A stretch of 64,000 nucleotides of DNA from a virus (taxonomy: Duplodnaviria > Caudoviricetes): the IMG/VR virus record IMGVR_UViG_3300032331_000874, positions 46 to 64,045 of that record. One strand, written 5' to 3'. Made by a program: the position numbers and the translations under genes. The notes below the pieces were generated by a model. That model was not told the DNA's origin and searched no databases. It worked only from the letters and a program-made list of their open reading frames with translations. Numbering within the stretch: the stretch's first letter is position 1; the number at the start of each line of letters is the position of its first letter. Positions 55,967 through 64,000 of the stretch are shown piece after piece.

Positions 55967-56904
55967 GCTGCCACCATATAGTTAAGTAGTGTGTCAACGA
56001 AGTGCGCGTTGTAAAACTGCTCTGCGTCCGGTGAAGTAATAAACTTTCGTATGGCTACGAGGTAGTCCATGTACTCGTAGCTAGGCATGTTAACTAAGTA
56101 CTCGTATAGTTCCTCGTACGTGTGGAAATCATTAACGTCAACAAAACACTCAGGCGGTATGTGGTCACGCACGTTATGCGCACCCAAGTACACAGGCACA
56201 ACGCCCACCATGAAACAATCCGTTAGCTTCTCGCTGATGTAGCCGTACGAATGACAGTTCTCATACGCTAAACAGAACCGATAGTTAGCTAGCGTCTTTA
56301 GCTTGTCATTGGTTGCGCCCTTGTACGTGGAGAAGTTATGCCCCTGCCAGTTGCGTCCCCACAAATCAAAGTCCCTCGGCGCTTGCGCTGTAAAAAATCG
56401 AATAGCTTCCACACGCTTGTGATATATGCTGAGTGGGTGTGAGCTTTGCTTGTACGTATTCATCAAACACATCAGCTTGCGCTTGTGATAGTTCGTAAAC
56501 ACCTCGTCAGGCGTAGGCATGTACGCGTCTTGCAAGTTAGTCGTGAAGTTAGACTTGATGAACTTGTTGCCATCGACTAAGCGGTCGTCCCACGTAAAGA
56601 CCTTCTCGCAACTATCAAGGAAGTCCTTGTCGTAGTTGTTAGGGATGATGCTGTCTGGTTCGTACAGCACAGCGATAGTGCGTGGTGCTTTAGCTTTGAT
56701 GGTTGTCGGTCTGTCCAACAGGATAAGCAGGTCACCCTCGTCGCGTTGGTCAGGCGTAAACATTTCTATACCGCGCTCTTTCGCAGCCGCATACAGATCG
56801 TTCCACGGACGCAGCAAGCCAGCCCCGATGTCGCTGTCAGGGTTGGTGAACAGGTAGCCGTTGGTCGTGATGAAATCGTAATGGTTCTGGACTATGACTC
56901 TCAT
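55963..56904 (-). CDS. Glycosyltransferase family 10-like (alpha-1,3-fucosyltransferase fold)
   Basis: YRFCLAYEN...GYISEKL.DCF..GVVPVYLG GT10 signature. Confidence 0.85.
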   Translation of the reverse strand: MRVIVQNHYDFITTNGYLFTNPDSDIGAGLLRPWNDLYAAAKERGIEMFTPDQRDEGDLLILLDRPTTIKAKAPRTIAVLYEPDSIIPNNYDKDFLDSCEKVFTWDDRLVDGNKFIKSNFTTNLQDAYMPTPDEVFTNYHKRKLMCLMNTYKQSSHPLSIYHKRVEAIRFFTAQAPRDFDLWGRNWQGHNFSTYKGATNDKLKTLANYRFCLAYENCHSYGYISEKLTDCFMVGVVPVYLGAHNVRDHIPPECFVDVNDFHTYEELYEYLVNMPSYEYMDYLVAIRKFITSPDAEQFYNAHFVDTLLNYMVAA

Positions 56905-57920
56905 ATCAGTACGTACCTATAGACAGGGTTGATGGTGTTGTAGTTGAAAGCGAAGTTGTCCCAACGCGTCCAGTTGGCAGCGTTGACTAAGTTGGCAGAA
57001 GGACAGGCCAAGCTCTCCTCACATTCAATCAGAGCAAGGTAGTTCTTCAGGATTGGCAGACACGAAACCTTCTCGCCATACCTATGGCGATAGCCTCGAT
57101 GTCCGAAGGGCGTGATGTTGGTGACTGCGTTGTCTTTATCTACTATGCGTTCGGCTAGCACGTAGTCATCAGACAGTACAAGTCGGCGGGGTACGCGCCG
57201 CGCAAGGGCAGCAGCGTCTTTCATTATTAAATCTTCAGGCGGCAGGATTGTCTCTGCTTCTAGCTTGTCACCACCACGCAGAAAGATTAGCCCTGCGCCT
57301 TGGACGTTGTACTTCTCGTCTTTGTAATAGCTCTTGATCTCGCGCTCGATCTGTCCGTACATGAACACTTTGAACTGACTGAACTGGTCGATGTGCATGG
57401 GTGATGCGGTAAAGATAAAGTCACGCATAGATTCAAAGTGAATCGCTTGCGGGTTGGTAGGTAGCTTATCGACTAGCGTGAATGTCGTACGGAATATATC
57501 GTTGAACGGTTCTTTGTAGTCCCACCATGCGTACGTGTTATCAATCAACAGTTCCTTGTTGTTCATACGCGCAACGTAGGCAGCGACAATCATGTTATCA
57601 ATGACTGAAAAGAAACCAGAGTTACGTGGTTGATACAGCATCGAACCAGTAGGTATGTAGGGCAGATTAAAAAGGGGATTGCTATCGAATGAAACGCCTA
57701 TGTACTTGTTGTACTGCTCATCCGTTAGGTTGTAGTGCTTGCACGCAAGCTCCATCCCCAAGCAGGAGACAATCTCCTGCTTGTAGAAATGGTTCTTTAC
57801 TTGGTGTAGAGGAGGGAGGTCGGCAAGCGAAACCTGACCCCACAAGTACTGACGTGCGTTGATAGCCGCAAGCCTTGCGGGGTCATTGTCTGCCGGTGAG
57901 TAGCGGTTGAATTGAATCAT
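56901..57920 (-). CDS. Putative GT-B glycosyltransferase related to GT23/GT11/NodZ fucosyltransferases
   Basis: SGFFS, IFLRGGDK (cf. HVRRGDK/HVRRTDK), LVLSDD (cf. LATDD), final S-A-N motif. Confidence 0.55.
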   Translation of the reverse strand: MIQFNRYSPADNDPARLAAINARQYLWGQVSLADLPPLHQVKNHFYKQEIVSCLGMELACKHYNLTDEQYNKYIGVSFDSNPLFNLPYIPTGSMLYQPRNSGFFSVIDNMIVAAYVARMNNKELLIDNTYAWWDYKEPFNDIFRTTFTLVDKLPTNPQAIHFESMRDFIFTASPMHIDQFSQFKVFMYGQIEREIKSYYKDEKYNVQGAGLIFLRGGDKLEAETILPPEDLIMKDAAALARRVPRRLVLSDDYVLAERIVDKDNAVTNITPFGHRGYRHRYGEKVSCLPILKNYLALIECEESLACPSANLVNAANWTRWDNFAFNYNTINPVYRYVLI

Positions 57921-58103
57921 TTAAACCCTAAGCATTACGTTTAAAAACTTAGAAAAGAAAGAATACTTTTTATCCACATCCCCTAGTATCAGGTCTTGCG
58001 CAAAGCGTTCTTCCGGTGTGCGTTCATCTTCTTTAATCTTTGGCAGGTAGTACCTGCCAATCTTTGGTAGTTCCTCTTTGATGAAGCGTCCCTCTTTTAA
58101 CAT
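57921..58103 (-). CDS. Small hypothetical protein
   Basis: PKIG..Y.P......TPEERFAQDLILG motif; AGGAG SD. Confidence 0.65.
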   Translation of the reverse strand: MLKEGRFIKEELPKIGRYYLPKIKEDERTPEERFAQDLILGDVDKKYSFFSKFLNVMLRV

Positions 58104-58112
58104 CGCGTTCTC

Positions 58113-58436
58113 CTATAGATCATCGAAGTCGTCCTCGATGAAGTAACTAGATACGCGGCTACGCCGTTGCTTACTGTCCTTGATGTCCTCGTTCTTACGG
58201 CGCACCGCAGTTTGTACAGCCTTGATCTTTGAGACTTCAGCAGGGGTGTAAACAGGAGGTGCTTTGAACTTGACAGGGTTAGGCGGTCGTCCTGCGCTAC
58301 GTGTTTCAATGACTGTCTCTAGCGTTTGGAATCTCGCCTTACATGATTCGCACTTACGGTAACGTAACACCCCATCCAATGTAGATTGTTTGACGGTCGA
58401 AGTTACCTGCGAATTGCCACCGCACTTGCATTTCAT
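58113..58436 (-). CDS. Zinc-ribbon protein (NrdR N-terminal-like)
   Basis: MKCKCG...RYRKCESCKARFQTLE. Confidence 0.7.
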   Translation of the reverse strand: MKCKCGGNSQVTSTVKQSTLDGVLRYRKCESCKARFQTLETVIETRSAGRPPNPVKFKAPPVYTPAEVSKIKAVQTAVRRKNEDIKDSKQRRSRVSSYFIEDDFDDL

Positions 58437-58453
58437 TTACACCCCTTACTGAA

Positions 58454-58942
58454 TTAATCAAGCGTCCATTCGCGCACTAAACGCTCTGCCTTAGTCGGCA
58501 TTTCTTTCTGCATAGGATGCGGGTCAACTAACGAACCCTTGTCCATGCCTTCGGGCAGTCGCCACAACTCGATAGCTTTCTTGTCTTTGGTGCGCAGCGC
58601 GGTGTATGTACCCGCACCCCACAGGATACTAGCGCGTGACGAGATGCTTGACTGCAAGGAGCCGATGTCAAAACCGTTGAGTGGGATGGTGATTAACTGG
58701 TCATGGACAAGGTTGTCCATGAGTGGGGCTAGGTAGGTTGTCATCGTGCCGCGAGGCAGCTTGGAGTGGATACGCTTTCTCTTGCCCAGCTTCTCAGGCT
58801 TGATCGTACCTACCTTGATGCCGTACTCCTCGCTGTAAACTACAAAGTCGATGTCGGCTTTGTCCTTCATCATCTTCAATGTGTTGATAGCGCGGTCGAG
58901 CAATGTTTGGTATGTCTGAGGTAATGTTTTGGCTTTAGCCAT
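58454..58942 (-). CDS. Hypothetical protein (basic, possibly DNA-binding)
   Basis: First gene after the 58972-58999 promoter; GGAG SD. Confidence 0.7.
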   Translation of the reverse strand: MAKAKTLPQTYQTLLDRAINTLKMMKDKADIDFVVYSEEYGIKVGTIKPEKLGKRKRIHSKLPRGTMTTYLAPLMDNLVHDQLITIPLNGFDIGSLQSSISSRASILWGAGTYTALRTKDKKAIELWRLPEGMDKGSLVDPHPMQKEMPTKAERLVREWTLD

Positions 58943-58971
58943 GATAGAACTCCATGTGGTTGGTTTACGAA

Positions 58972-58999
58972 ATCATACAGATGTAGCAAAAACTGTCAA
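58972..58999 (-). promoter_or_regulatory. Sigma70-type promoter for the glycan/replication operon
   Basis: TTGACA-16 bp-TATGAT on the minus strand. Confidence 0.6.
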
Positions 59000-59619
59000 G
59001 CGTTGGACAATAATTTTAACAAATCTACTGTCTTCTGCCAGACTTCCTGCCTAACGGCAGCATCCTTGCGGATGTCCTGCACCTGATACTCCGCCAAACC
59101 TGACAGGGTATCGAGGGTTTCAGATACTGTGTTATTTTTTAACACGTCATTGAAGAAGCGAAACAGCTTGACCTCATAAGTCAAGCCGCGCACCGTCTCC
59201 TCATGAAAGCGGCGAGGTCGTGCCTCCCCGTCCACAAAGTCCATCTTCAAGCGTTGGTTCAGGTCATACACAACCTGCTCCACGCGAGTTAGTAAGTCAC
59301 GCTCCATCAAGTCACACCTGCGGCGCAGTTCTAACGCCAGAGTGGCAAGCAGTTTGCCGGACTTGTTGTCAAAGTTGTATGGATAGGCTATGTAGTACAC
59401 CTGCAAGTCACAGCCTTTCTCTTTTAAGTCGCGCTTGAATGACTCCACCTCCTGATTGAAGTCCTCCCACATATCATCAGGCAGGGCACGCAGTCCATCT
59501 GTGCCCCATAGCAGCGTGTGCCTGTGAATGTAACTACGCGCTAACGCCGACATGGCGTTGATCGCTTTCGCGTTCTCACCTTGTCGGTCGTAGCTCACCT
59601 TTGTATCTACTAAGATCAT
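58996..59619 (-). CDS. Hypothetical protein (DUF3150-like C-terminus)
   Basis: RRFHEETV, IRKDAAVRQEV pattern. Confidence 0.6.
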   Translation of the reverse strand: MILVDTKVSYDRQGENAKAINAMSALARSYIHRHTLLWGTDGLRALPDDMWEDFNQEVESFKRDLKEKGCDLQVYYIAYPYNFDNKSGKLLATLALELRRRCDLMERDLLTRVEQVVYDLNQRLKMDFVDGEARPRRFHEETVRGLTYEVKLFRFFNDVLKNNTVSETLDTLSGLAEYQVQDIRKDAAVRQEVWQKTVDLLKLLSNA

Positions 59620-59855
59620 TCAGTCCTCCGTATTCGTGCGGCTGCATGTTGGATGGTTGCGCACAGTTCTTTGATTTGATCGTAGCTTGATTCACTACGC
59701 AAATTTTCTACTATGTGGTTGGCGTGCAGGATGGCGCGGCTTAGTTCACCATGCGTCACAAGTGCTGACACAATGCTGTTTAACTGCGCCTCCAGTTGCT
59801 GAACCATGTCGATCAACTCATCCTTACTCAGTCCCTGTAACTCGCTCATTGTCAT
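59616..59855 (-). CDS. Small coiled-coil hypothetical protein
   Basis: ORF with GGAGG SD. Confidence 0.6.
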   Translation of the reverse strand: MTMSELQGLSKDELIDMVQQLEAQLNSIVSALVTHGELSRAILHANHIVENLRSESSYDQIKELCATIQHAAARIRRTE

Positions 59856-60033
59856 CCTCCATTGGGTCTACGCGAAAGCGTATGGTGTCTACGTTAAGCG
59901 TGTCGATGTCACGTTGTGATATGGCATCTAACCCCGCCGCGATTGCTTCTTCTGCGCTGCTGTTGTACACAGTCAATGACTTCTCAAAGTCAGCGCGTCC
60001 TTTGATGCGTACTACGAATGATTTCTTGCTCAT
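59824..60033 (-). CDS. Small hypothetical protein
   Basis: AGGAGG SD; ATGA overlap. Confidence 0.6.
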   Translation of the reverse strand: MSKKSFVVRIKGRADFEKSLTVYNSSAEEAIAAGLDAISQRDIDTLNVDTIRFRVDPMEDDNERVTGTE

Positions 60034-60215
60034 ACTTCCTCCTTAATTTCCATTGACAGGGTTTTGATGTCGCTGATGATCTCGTGGTCGTACTCACTCT
60101 TATCAGTACCCATCTCTACCGCTTGAATCATTGCGTCTGGCATATGGTCGGCGTTTATCCAACCCCACACACGTACCTCGCACAGTACTACTTGCTCTAC
60201 TTTGAATCGTTTCAT
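60030..60215 (-). CDS. Small hypothetical protein
   Basis: GAGGAG SD before ATG at 60215. Confidence 0.6.
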   Translation of the reverse strand: MKRFKVEQVVLCEVRVWGWINADHMPDAMIQAVEMGTDKSEYDHEIISDIKTLSMEIKEEV

Positions 60216-60226
60216 TTTGGTTCTCC

Positions 60227-60484
60227 TCACATTACAGGTATGTACTTGCTTAGTACGATGAAATCTTCCTCTGGTATTTCGTTATGCCCCGCATTGAAGA
60301 TCAACGTGCAGTCAGACCAGTAGCCATCATGTGCATCGTCGTAGTCAGCTTTAGTGCCGCCCCTCCACCCCATCGCTGTCTTTTTGGTGAACTTGTAGGG
60401 GTCGCCTTTGGTTTTGAATAAATACGTATCGGTGTACTCAAAGTCACCGTTACGCTCTAAGATTTTGCCTATGTAGTATTTCAT
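60227..60484 (-). CDS. Small hypothetical protein
   Basis: TAGGAG SD; preceded by palindrome copy 4. Confidence 0.7.
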   Translation of the reverse strand: MKYYIGKILERNGDFEYTDTYLFKTKGDPYKFTKKTAMGWRGGTKADYDDAHDGYWSDCTLIFNAGHNEIPEEDFIVLSKYIPVM

Positions 60485-60500
60485 TTGGTTCTCCTAAATA

Positions 60501-60527
60501 AACTCATGGACACCATGTCCATGAGTA
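60501..60527. promoter_or_regulatory. 27-bp palindrome copy 4 (AACTCATGGAC-ACCAT-GTCCATGAGTA)
   Basis: Perfect ACTCATGGACA/TGTCCATGAGT arms; intergenic, just upstream of SD. Confidence 0.75.
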
Positions 60528-60529
60528 AG

Positions 60530-60712
60530 TCACATAAAAAACGAAGGCACGTAGCGCACAAACAAGAAAGCCAAGCACGCGCCAACGATCATCAGCAAAC
60601 AGGCTGCGCAAATGCCAATGGCAACCTCACGCAAAAAGTCATCATCGCCCATGAAACCCCCCACAAGAATAAGAATGACACCCGTCAAAAGAAAGATTTC
60701 AGGCACGCTCAT
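60530..60712 (-). CDS. Small two-TM membrane protein
   Basis: Two hydrophobic segments. Confidence 0.6.
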   Translation of the reverse strand: MSVPEIFLLTGVILILVGGFMGDDDFLREVAIGICAACLLMIVGACLAFLFVRYVPSFFM

Positions 60713-60972
60713 GCCCCCTCCTTCGCTCGGTCGATGGCATCTTGCGCCTCAAGGGATGACGCAGTTATAGAACGTGCGTGTTCGATGTCGCTGACGATCT
60801 GTGCGAAGATCACGCTAAGAGGGACACCATGTCCCGCATGACCTAACACAAACCCTACTGCGTACAGTAGGGCAGGCATGGCAACGGCAGGTTTCATCCC
60901 ATCATCGCCATCGATCACATGAAGCAATCGCTTCATCAACGCTTTTACTTCTTCGTCGTGTATGCTAGACAT
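60709..60972 (-). CDS. Small hypothetical protein
   Basis: AAGGAGGAG SD. Confidence 0.65.
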   Translation of the reverse strand: MSSIHDEEVKALMKRLLHVIDGDDGMKPAVAMPALLYAVGFVLGHAGHGVPLSVIFAQIVSDIEHARSITASSLEAQDAIDRAKEGA

Positions 60973-60981
60973 AACTCCTCC

Positions 60982-61980
60982 TTACATAAGTGTTGTGCTG
61001 TCGTGGTTGCCAGACTCGAACAGATCGAATATCCACTCGGCTGCCTCGTCTGGGTATGCGTTAACCATGTCCCACATCTCGCCCTCATGCTTCTCACCGA
61101 ACGATTGCTCAAGCAGGAACGCTGCTTTGTTGGGAGCCATCAACACCCAGTCATACAACGCTTTGATGCCACGCTTGTGACAGTTGTGCGCAGCGCGTGT
61201 GATCTTGGTGATGTTTAACTTCTTGCCGAACGATGAAACATCAGAGTCATAGATTGCATAGTCCTCGAACTCGGCATACTCGTCATCGTAGTCACCGAAC
61301 GCAGCACCGCTTGCTAGACTCTTGCTGCTGTGCTTGGTTGAACCCTTGATGTTGTAGCCGTAGCTGTCGTTCATACCCCACCCGCCGGTGTAATACTTGT
61401 TGACGTTGTTCTTGCGACCATGACCATGCAAGTGTGATGACCACGCATACGTGTTGGATAACCACGCGCCCTCATGTTCGACGCCTGCGTCATAGTTAAG
61501 CACGACACTCTCACCGCTGCTGTGCATGAAAGCAAACTTGTTGCTGTGACCGATCATGTCTTCGAGGTACGTCTGGTAGTCAGGGTCAAAGAGCAGCGCA
61601 GGGTTAGCTTCCAACGCAGGGCGCAGGATGAACTTGATGAAGTGCCATGTGTCGGACTTGGTTTTATCTACTGGGTTGCCCATCGACAGGATGCCGTTGT
61701 GCGCCATCCATATCTCGTCAGTTACTTTGTATGGATGACAGTTCTCCATGTCGATGTCGCCGTGGGTTTTCATACGATAGTGAATGATGCACTCGCGTCC
61801 CTTCAATGCGTCTTTGTACAGCGCATTAATTTCCTGGGGTTTGCCTAGTGTCTTAACGACTACGAGCTTGCCACCCTCTGCATACATAGCACCGAAACCG
61901 TCAGAGTTGTGTGCATAAAAGTCGTTGAGCAATTCGTCGCTGAATGATACGTTTGATGGATGATGAATAAGAATACACAT
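60982..61980 (-). CDS. Class II (Ntn) glutamine amidotransferase
   Basis: Met-Cys start, N.DGFG, HYRMKTHG, NCHPY, HNGIL, SDT. Confidence 0.88.
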   Translation of the reverse strand: MCILIHHPSNVSFSDELLNDFYAHNSDGFGAMYAEGGKLVVVKTLGKPQEINALYKDALKGRECIIHYRMKTHGDIDMENCHPYKVTDEIWMAHNGILSMGNPVDKTKSDTWHFIKFILRPALEANPALLFDPDYQTYLEDMIGHSNKFAFMHSSGESVVLNYDAGVEHEGAWLSNTYAWSSHLHGHGRKNNVNKYYTGGWGMNDSYGYNIKGSTKHSSKSLASGAAFGDYDDEYAEFEDYAIYDSDVSSFGKKLNITKITRAAHNCHKRGIKALYDWVLMAPNKAAFLLEQSFGEKHEGEMWDMVNAYPDEAAEWIFDLFESGNHDSTTLM

Positions 61981-62006
61981 AGTTAGTTCTCCTTTAAGTG
62001 GTTGGA

Positions 62007-63614
62007 TTACGACATGATGCCTTGCAGTTTGAGATGCTTGCGTAAATGCTTTGTCTCGCTGCGTTGTGATGATGAATCGATGAAGTCTAAGAAGCGTGGT
62101 GTTGATAGATGAAACCCTGCCGGTGAGGCTGGCATGGTGAAGTTGACTACTGCATTAGCAAACTCGATAGCAGACAACAGCGTGTCATACACAAGCGTAC
62201 CCTTGAAGATACGAAACTCGACAGTCTGATCGTTGGTAATGTTCAATGCATCGCGGCGTTCAACGTCATACTTGTGTGCGGTAGACAAACGCTTACGTGC
62301 TATGCGTGCATAGTTGACGTTGTACCTACGTGCTACTGCTTTGACTAGCTCATGGTTGTCAGGATGATTCAAGAAGACATTCATCTTGTTAAGCTGCATG
62401 ACGTGCATATTCTTACGACTGACATGCACATGCAGACCACACGTTGACGTGTCATGCGAACGCATACCACGCGTCAAGTCACGATCATTTAACGCAGACC
62501 ATAACTCGTAATGACTGTCTAAGCCCATCGGATTAGTGATGATCTCAAAGCCATGCGTCAATGAACCGTCAGCCTCGAAGTACACACGCTTGCCTACCTC
62601 ACCATCGTTGAGCTTGGCGTTCAATACTTCAACGTGGTCATCGATGCTGCCATCCTTGACCTCGACCTCAAGCTCTACGCCCATGAAGCGGTCGTTGCGT
62701 TGTGTCCATACTGAATGAAGGAAGGGTTGCTTACCGACACGCGAACGATTGTGATAGCTGCCAAGTAACTGCGGCTTTCTGCCCTCGTATTCGTAATGAA
62801 TGTAAGCATCCTCGTCATCATCCCAATGGAAATCATCGTCATCCTCGTGGACATACACCTCGTCACCGTCTCGGTCTAACGCCCAACGACCGCTGTCTGT
62901 GTACACGTATTCGCTGTAGTGTTCCGAGTAGCGATAGTTGTTGTCGATACATGAGTCGCACACGTTGTCGGTGCTATCGTACGGCGTACGCATCAAGTCC
63001 TCATGTGCGTAGTTGCAGCAGTCAGAGCAAGAGTGGTAACCGTTGCTTTGCAATATCTCCTCGACCTCATCGCGGTCGTTCTCTGCGTGGTTGACTAAAA
63101 TGGTAGCTATCTCGCTGCGTTTGTTGCGTGATAAGGCGCTGTTGCTCAAGTCACCGCCTTGTATGTGCCACACCGTTGTGAGTAGACCGTATCCCGTGTT
63201 CTCTGCGATCTCATCAAGCGGCTGCCGCATTACGCCGTTCAATAGTTTACGCATGACAGAGTGGAGCGCTTGTTCTACTGTGTTGCCGTACCGCAGCTCG
63301 CTTATCTGCACCCTGATACGAATAGTCATGGGTTGAAATACCAAGTTAACGAAGGCATACGCTGCGCTCTTGCTGCCGAAGTCGCCACGCTCAACAAGTC
63401 TGGCTACTGCATTGAAGAACGCCTCAAGTCTGTCGCGTGCTGCTAAACGTACGTCTTCTGGATAGACTTGGCGTGGGTCGGGGTTGTCGTGCATGAGCGC
63501 ATAGGTAGAGGTCATAACTACCAGTAGCGCGTGTTCCAAGCGGTTAATGTAGCCGCTTTCTGGTTGGGGTTGAGCTACAGTAAAAAAGTCATACTGTGAC
63601 GATGATTGTGTCAT
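62007..63614 (-). CDS. Putative amidoligase (COOH-NH2 ligase, Amidoligase_2-like) with Cys-rich middle segment
   Basis: GVELEVE, EADGSL..GFEIIT, TCGLHVHVS, TVEFRIFKGT. Confidence 0.85.
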   Translation of the reverse strand: MTQSSSQYDFFTVAQPQPESGYINRLEHALLVVMTSTYALMHDNPDPRQVYPEDVRLAARDRLEAFFNAVARLVERGDFGSKSAAYAFVNLVFQPMTIRIRVQISELRYGNTVEQALHSVMRKLLNGVMRQPLDEIAENTGYGLLTTVWHIQGGDLSNSALSRNKRSEIATILVNHAENDRDEVEEILQSNGYHSCSDCCNYAHEDLMRTPYDSTDNVCDSCIDNNYRYSEHYSEYVYTDSGRWALDRDGDEVYVHEDDDDFHWDDDEDAYIHYEYEGRKPQLLGSYHNRSRVGKQPFLHSVWTQRNDRFMGVELEVEVKDGSIDDHVEVLNAKLNDGEVGKRVYFEADGSLTHGFEIITNPMGLDSHYELWSALNDRDLTRGMRSHDTSTCGLHVHVSRKNMHVMQLNKMNVFLNHPDNHELVKAVARRYNVNYARIARKRLSTAHKYDVERRDALNITNDQTVEFRIFKGTLVYDTLLSAIEFANAVVNFTMPASPAGFHLSTPRFLDFIDSSSQRSETKHLRKHLKLQGIMS

Positions 63615-63640
63615 GATGCTTCTCCTTAAAGTGTGGTTGG

Positions 63641-63838
63641 TTATGCTGCGTTGTGGTGCTTCAGGTAATACTCTTGTTGCTCGAGCTTTTGGTTCAGCAA
63701 GGTTAGCTTCGCCTCCACTTCTTTTAATAGTTTGTTCTCTTGCTCAATACGCCAGAGCGTTAGCTCATGCTGCGCTTTAAACTTAGCGATCAGCGTTTCG
63801 GCTGCCGTTGGTTTGTTTAGTTGTAGTTCTAACTGCAT
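63641..63838 (-). CDS. Small coiled-coil hypothetical protein
   Basis: GGGGG SD; first gene after the promoter at 63907-63935. Confidence 0.6.
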   Translation of the reverse strand: MQLELQLNKPTAAETLIAKFKAQHELTLWRIEQENKLLKEVEAKLTLLNQKLEQQEYYLKHHNAA

Positions 63839-63851
63839 GGTTCACCCCCAT

Positions 63852-63876
63852 AAAAAAGGGGCGCATGGTGCGCCCC
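63852..63876 (-). terminator. Rho-independent terminator/attenuator
   Basis: Minus strand GGGGCGCA-CCA-TGCGCCCC-TTTTTT. Confidence 0.7.
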
Positions 63877-63881
63877 GATAA

Positions 63882-63908
63882 AACTCATGGACAACACGTC
63901 CATGAGAT
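63882..63908. promoter_or_regulatory. 27-bp palindrome copy 5 (AACTCATGGAC-AACAC-GTCCATGAGAT)
   Basis: Overlaps the -10 box edge and expected +1 of the adjacent promoter. Confidence 0.75.
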
Positions 63909-63935
63909 ACTACACGTTAAAAAATAACGTGTCAA
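63907..63935 (-). promoter_or_regulatory. Strong sigma70-type early promoter
   Basis: TTGACA-17 bp-TAGTAT on the minus strand. Confidence 0.7.
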
Positions 63936-64000
63936 AACAAAACCTTTTACTCTACTCCCAATCCACCGGCGTTTCGTCAGCGGGAAGAGCTGACACCAGA

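Noticed and set aside
50547-57920. Host chromosomal O-antigen locus or assembly chimera
   Set aside because: Genes are seamlessly overlapped with phage genes (e.g. ATGA overlap with the VRR-NUC gene) and wzx/wzy/ddhAB are absent; read-level confirmation is still advisable
54431-57920. T4-like glucosyl-hmC DNA hypermodification as the definite role of the GTs
   Set aside because: No dCMP/dUMP hydroxymethylase, TET/JBP or methyltransferase is recognisable to create an acceptor base; not excluded but unsupported

Overview
The window holds most or all of a ~64 kb tailed dsDNA phage genome with podovirus-like architecture. No integrase, RNA polymerase, tRNA or CRISPR array was seen. A freshwater proteobacterial host is only an inference. 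The + strand (2.46-39.6 kb) carries terminase, portal, GroES, scaffold, a Mu-gpT-like major capsid protein followed by a pseudoknotted RNA element, head/tail proteins, a LamG fibre, lysis genes and large ejection proteins. The - strand (64->39.5 kb and 2.0->0 kb) carries early genes (including an amidoligase + class-II glutamine amidotransferase pair), an 8-gene glycan cluster and the replication module (PolA, nucleases, SNF2 helicase, SSB, primase-helicase). The most notable system is the glycan cluster: four glycosyltransferases plus RfbH/DdhC, a naturally split YerE-like ThDP enzyme and an SDR, i.e. a yersiniose-type branched 3,6-dideoxysugar pathway. Several external virion proteins are Asn-rich and carry many N-x-S/T sequons, which suggests phage-encoded virion glycosylation (hypothesis, not shown). 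Non-coding highlights are a 27-bp palindrome repeated 5-6 times in the early region, an iteron/AT-rich origin-like locus bracketed by a perfect 17-bp inverted repeat, and a ~200-nt structured intergenic RNA. All family assignments come from motif recognition by eye, not database searches, and all counts are hand counts.
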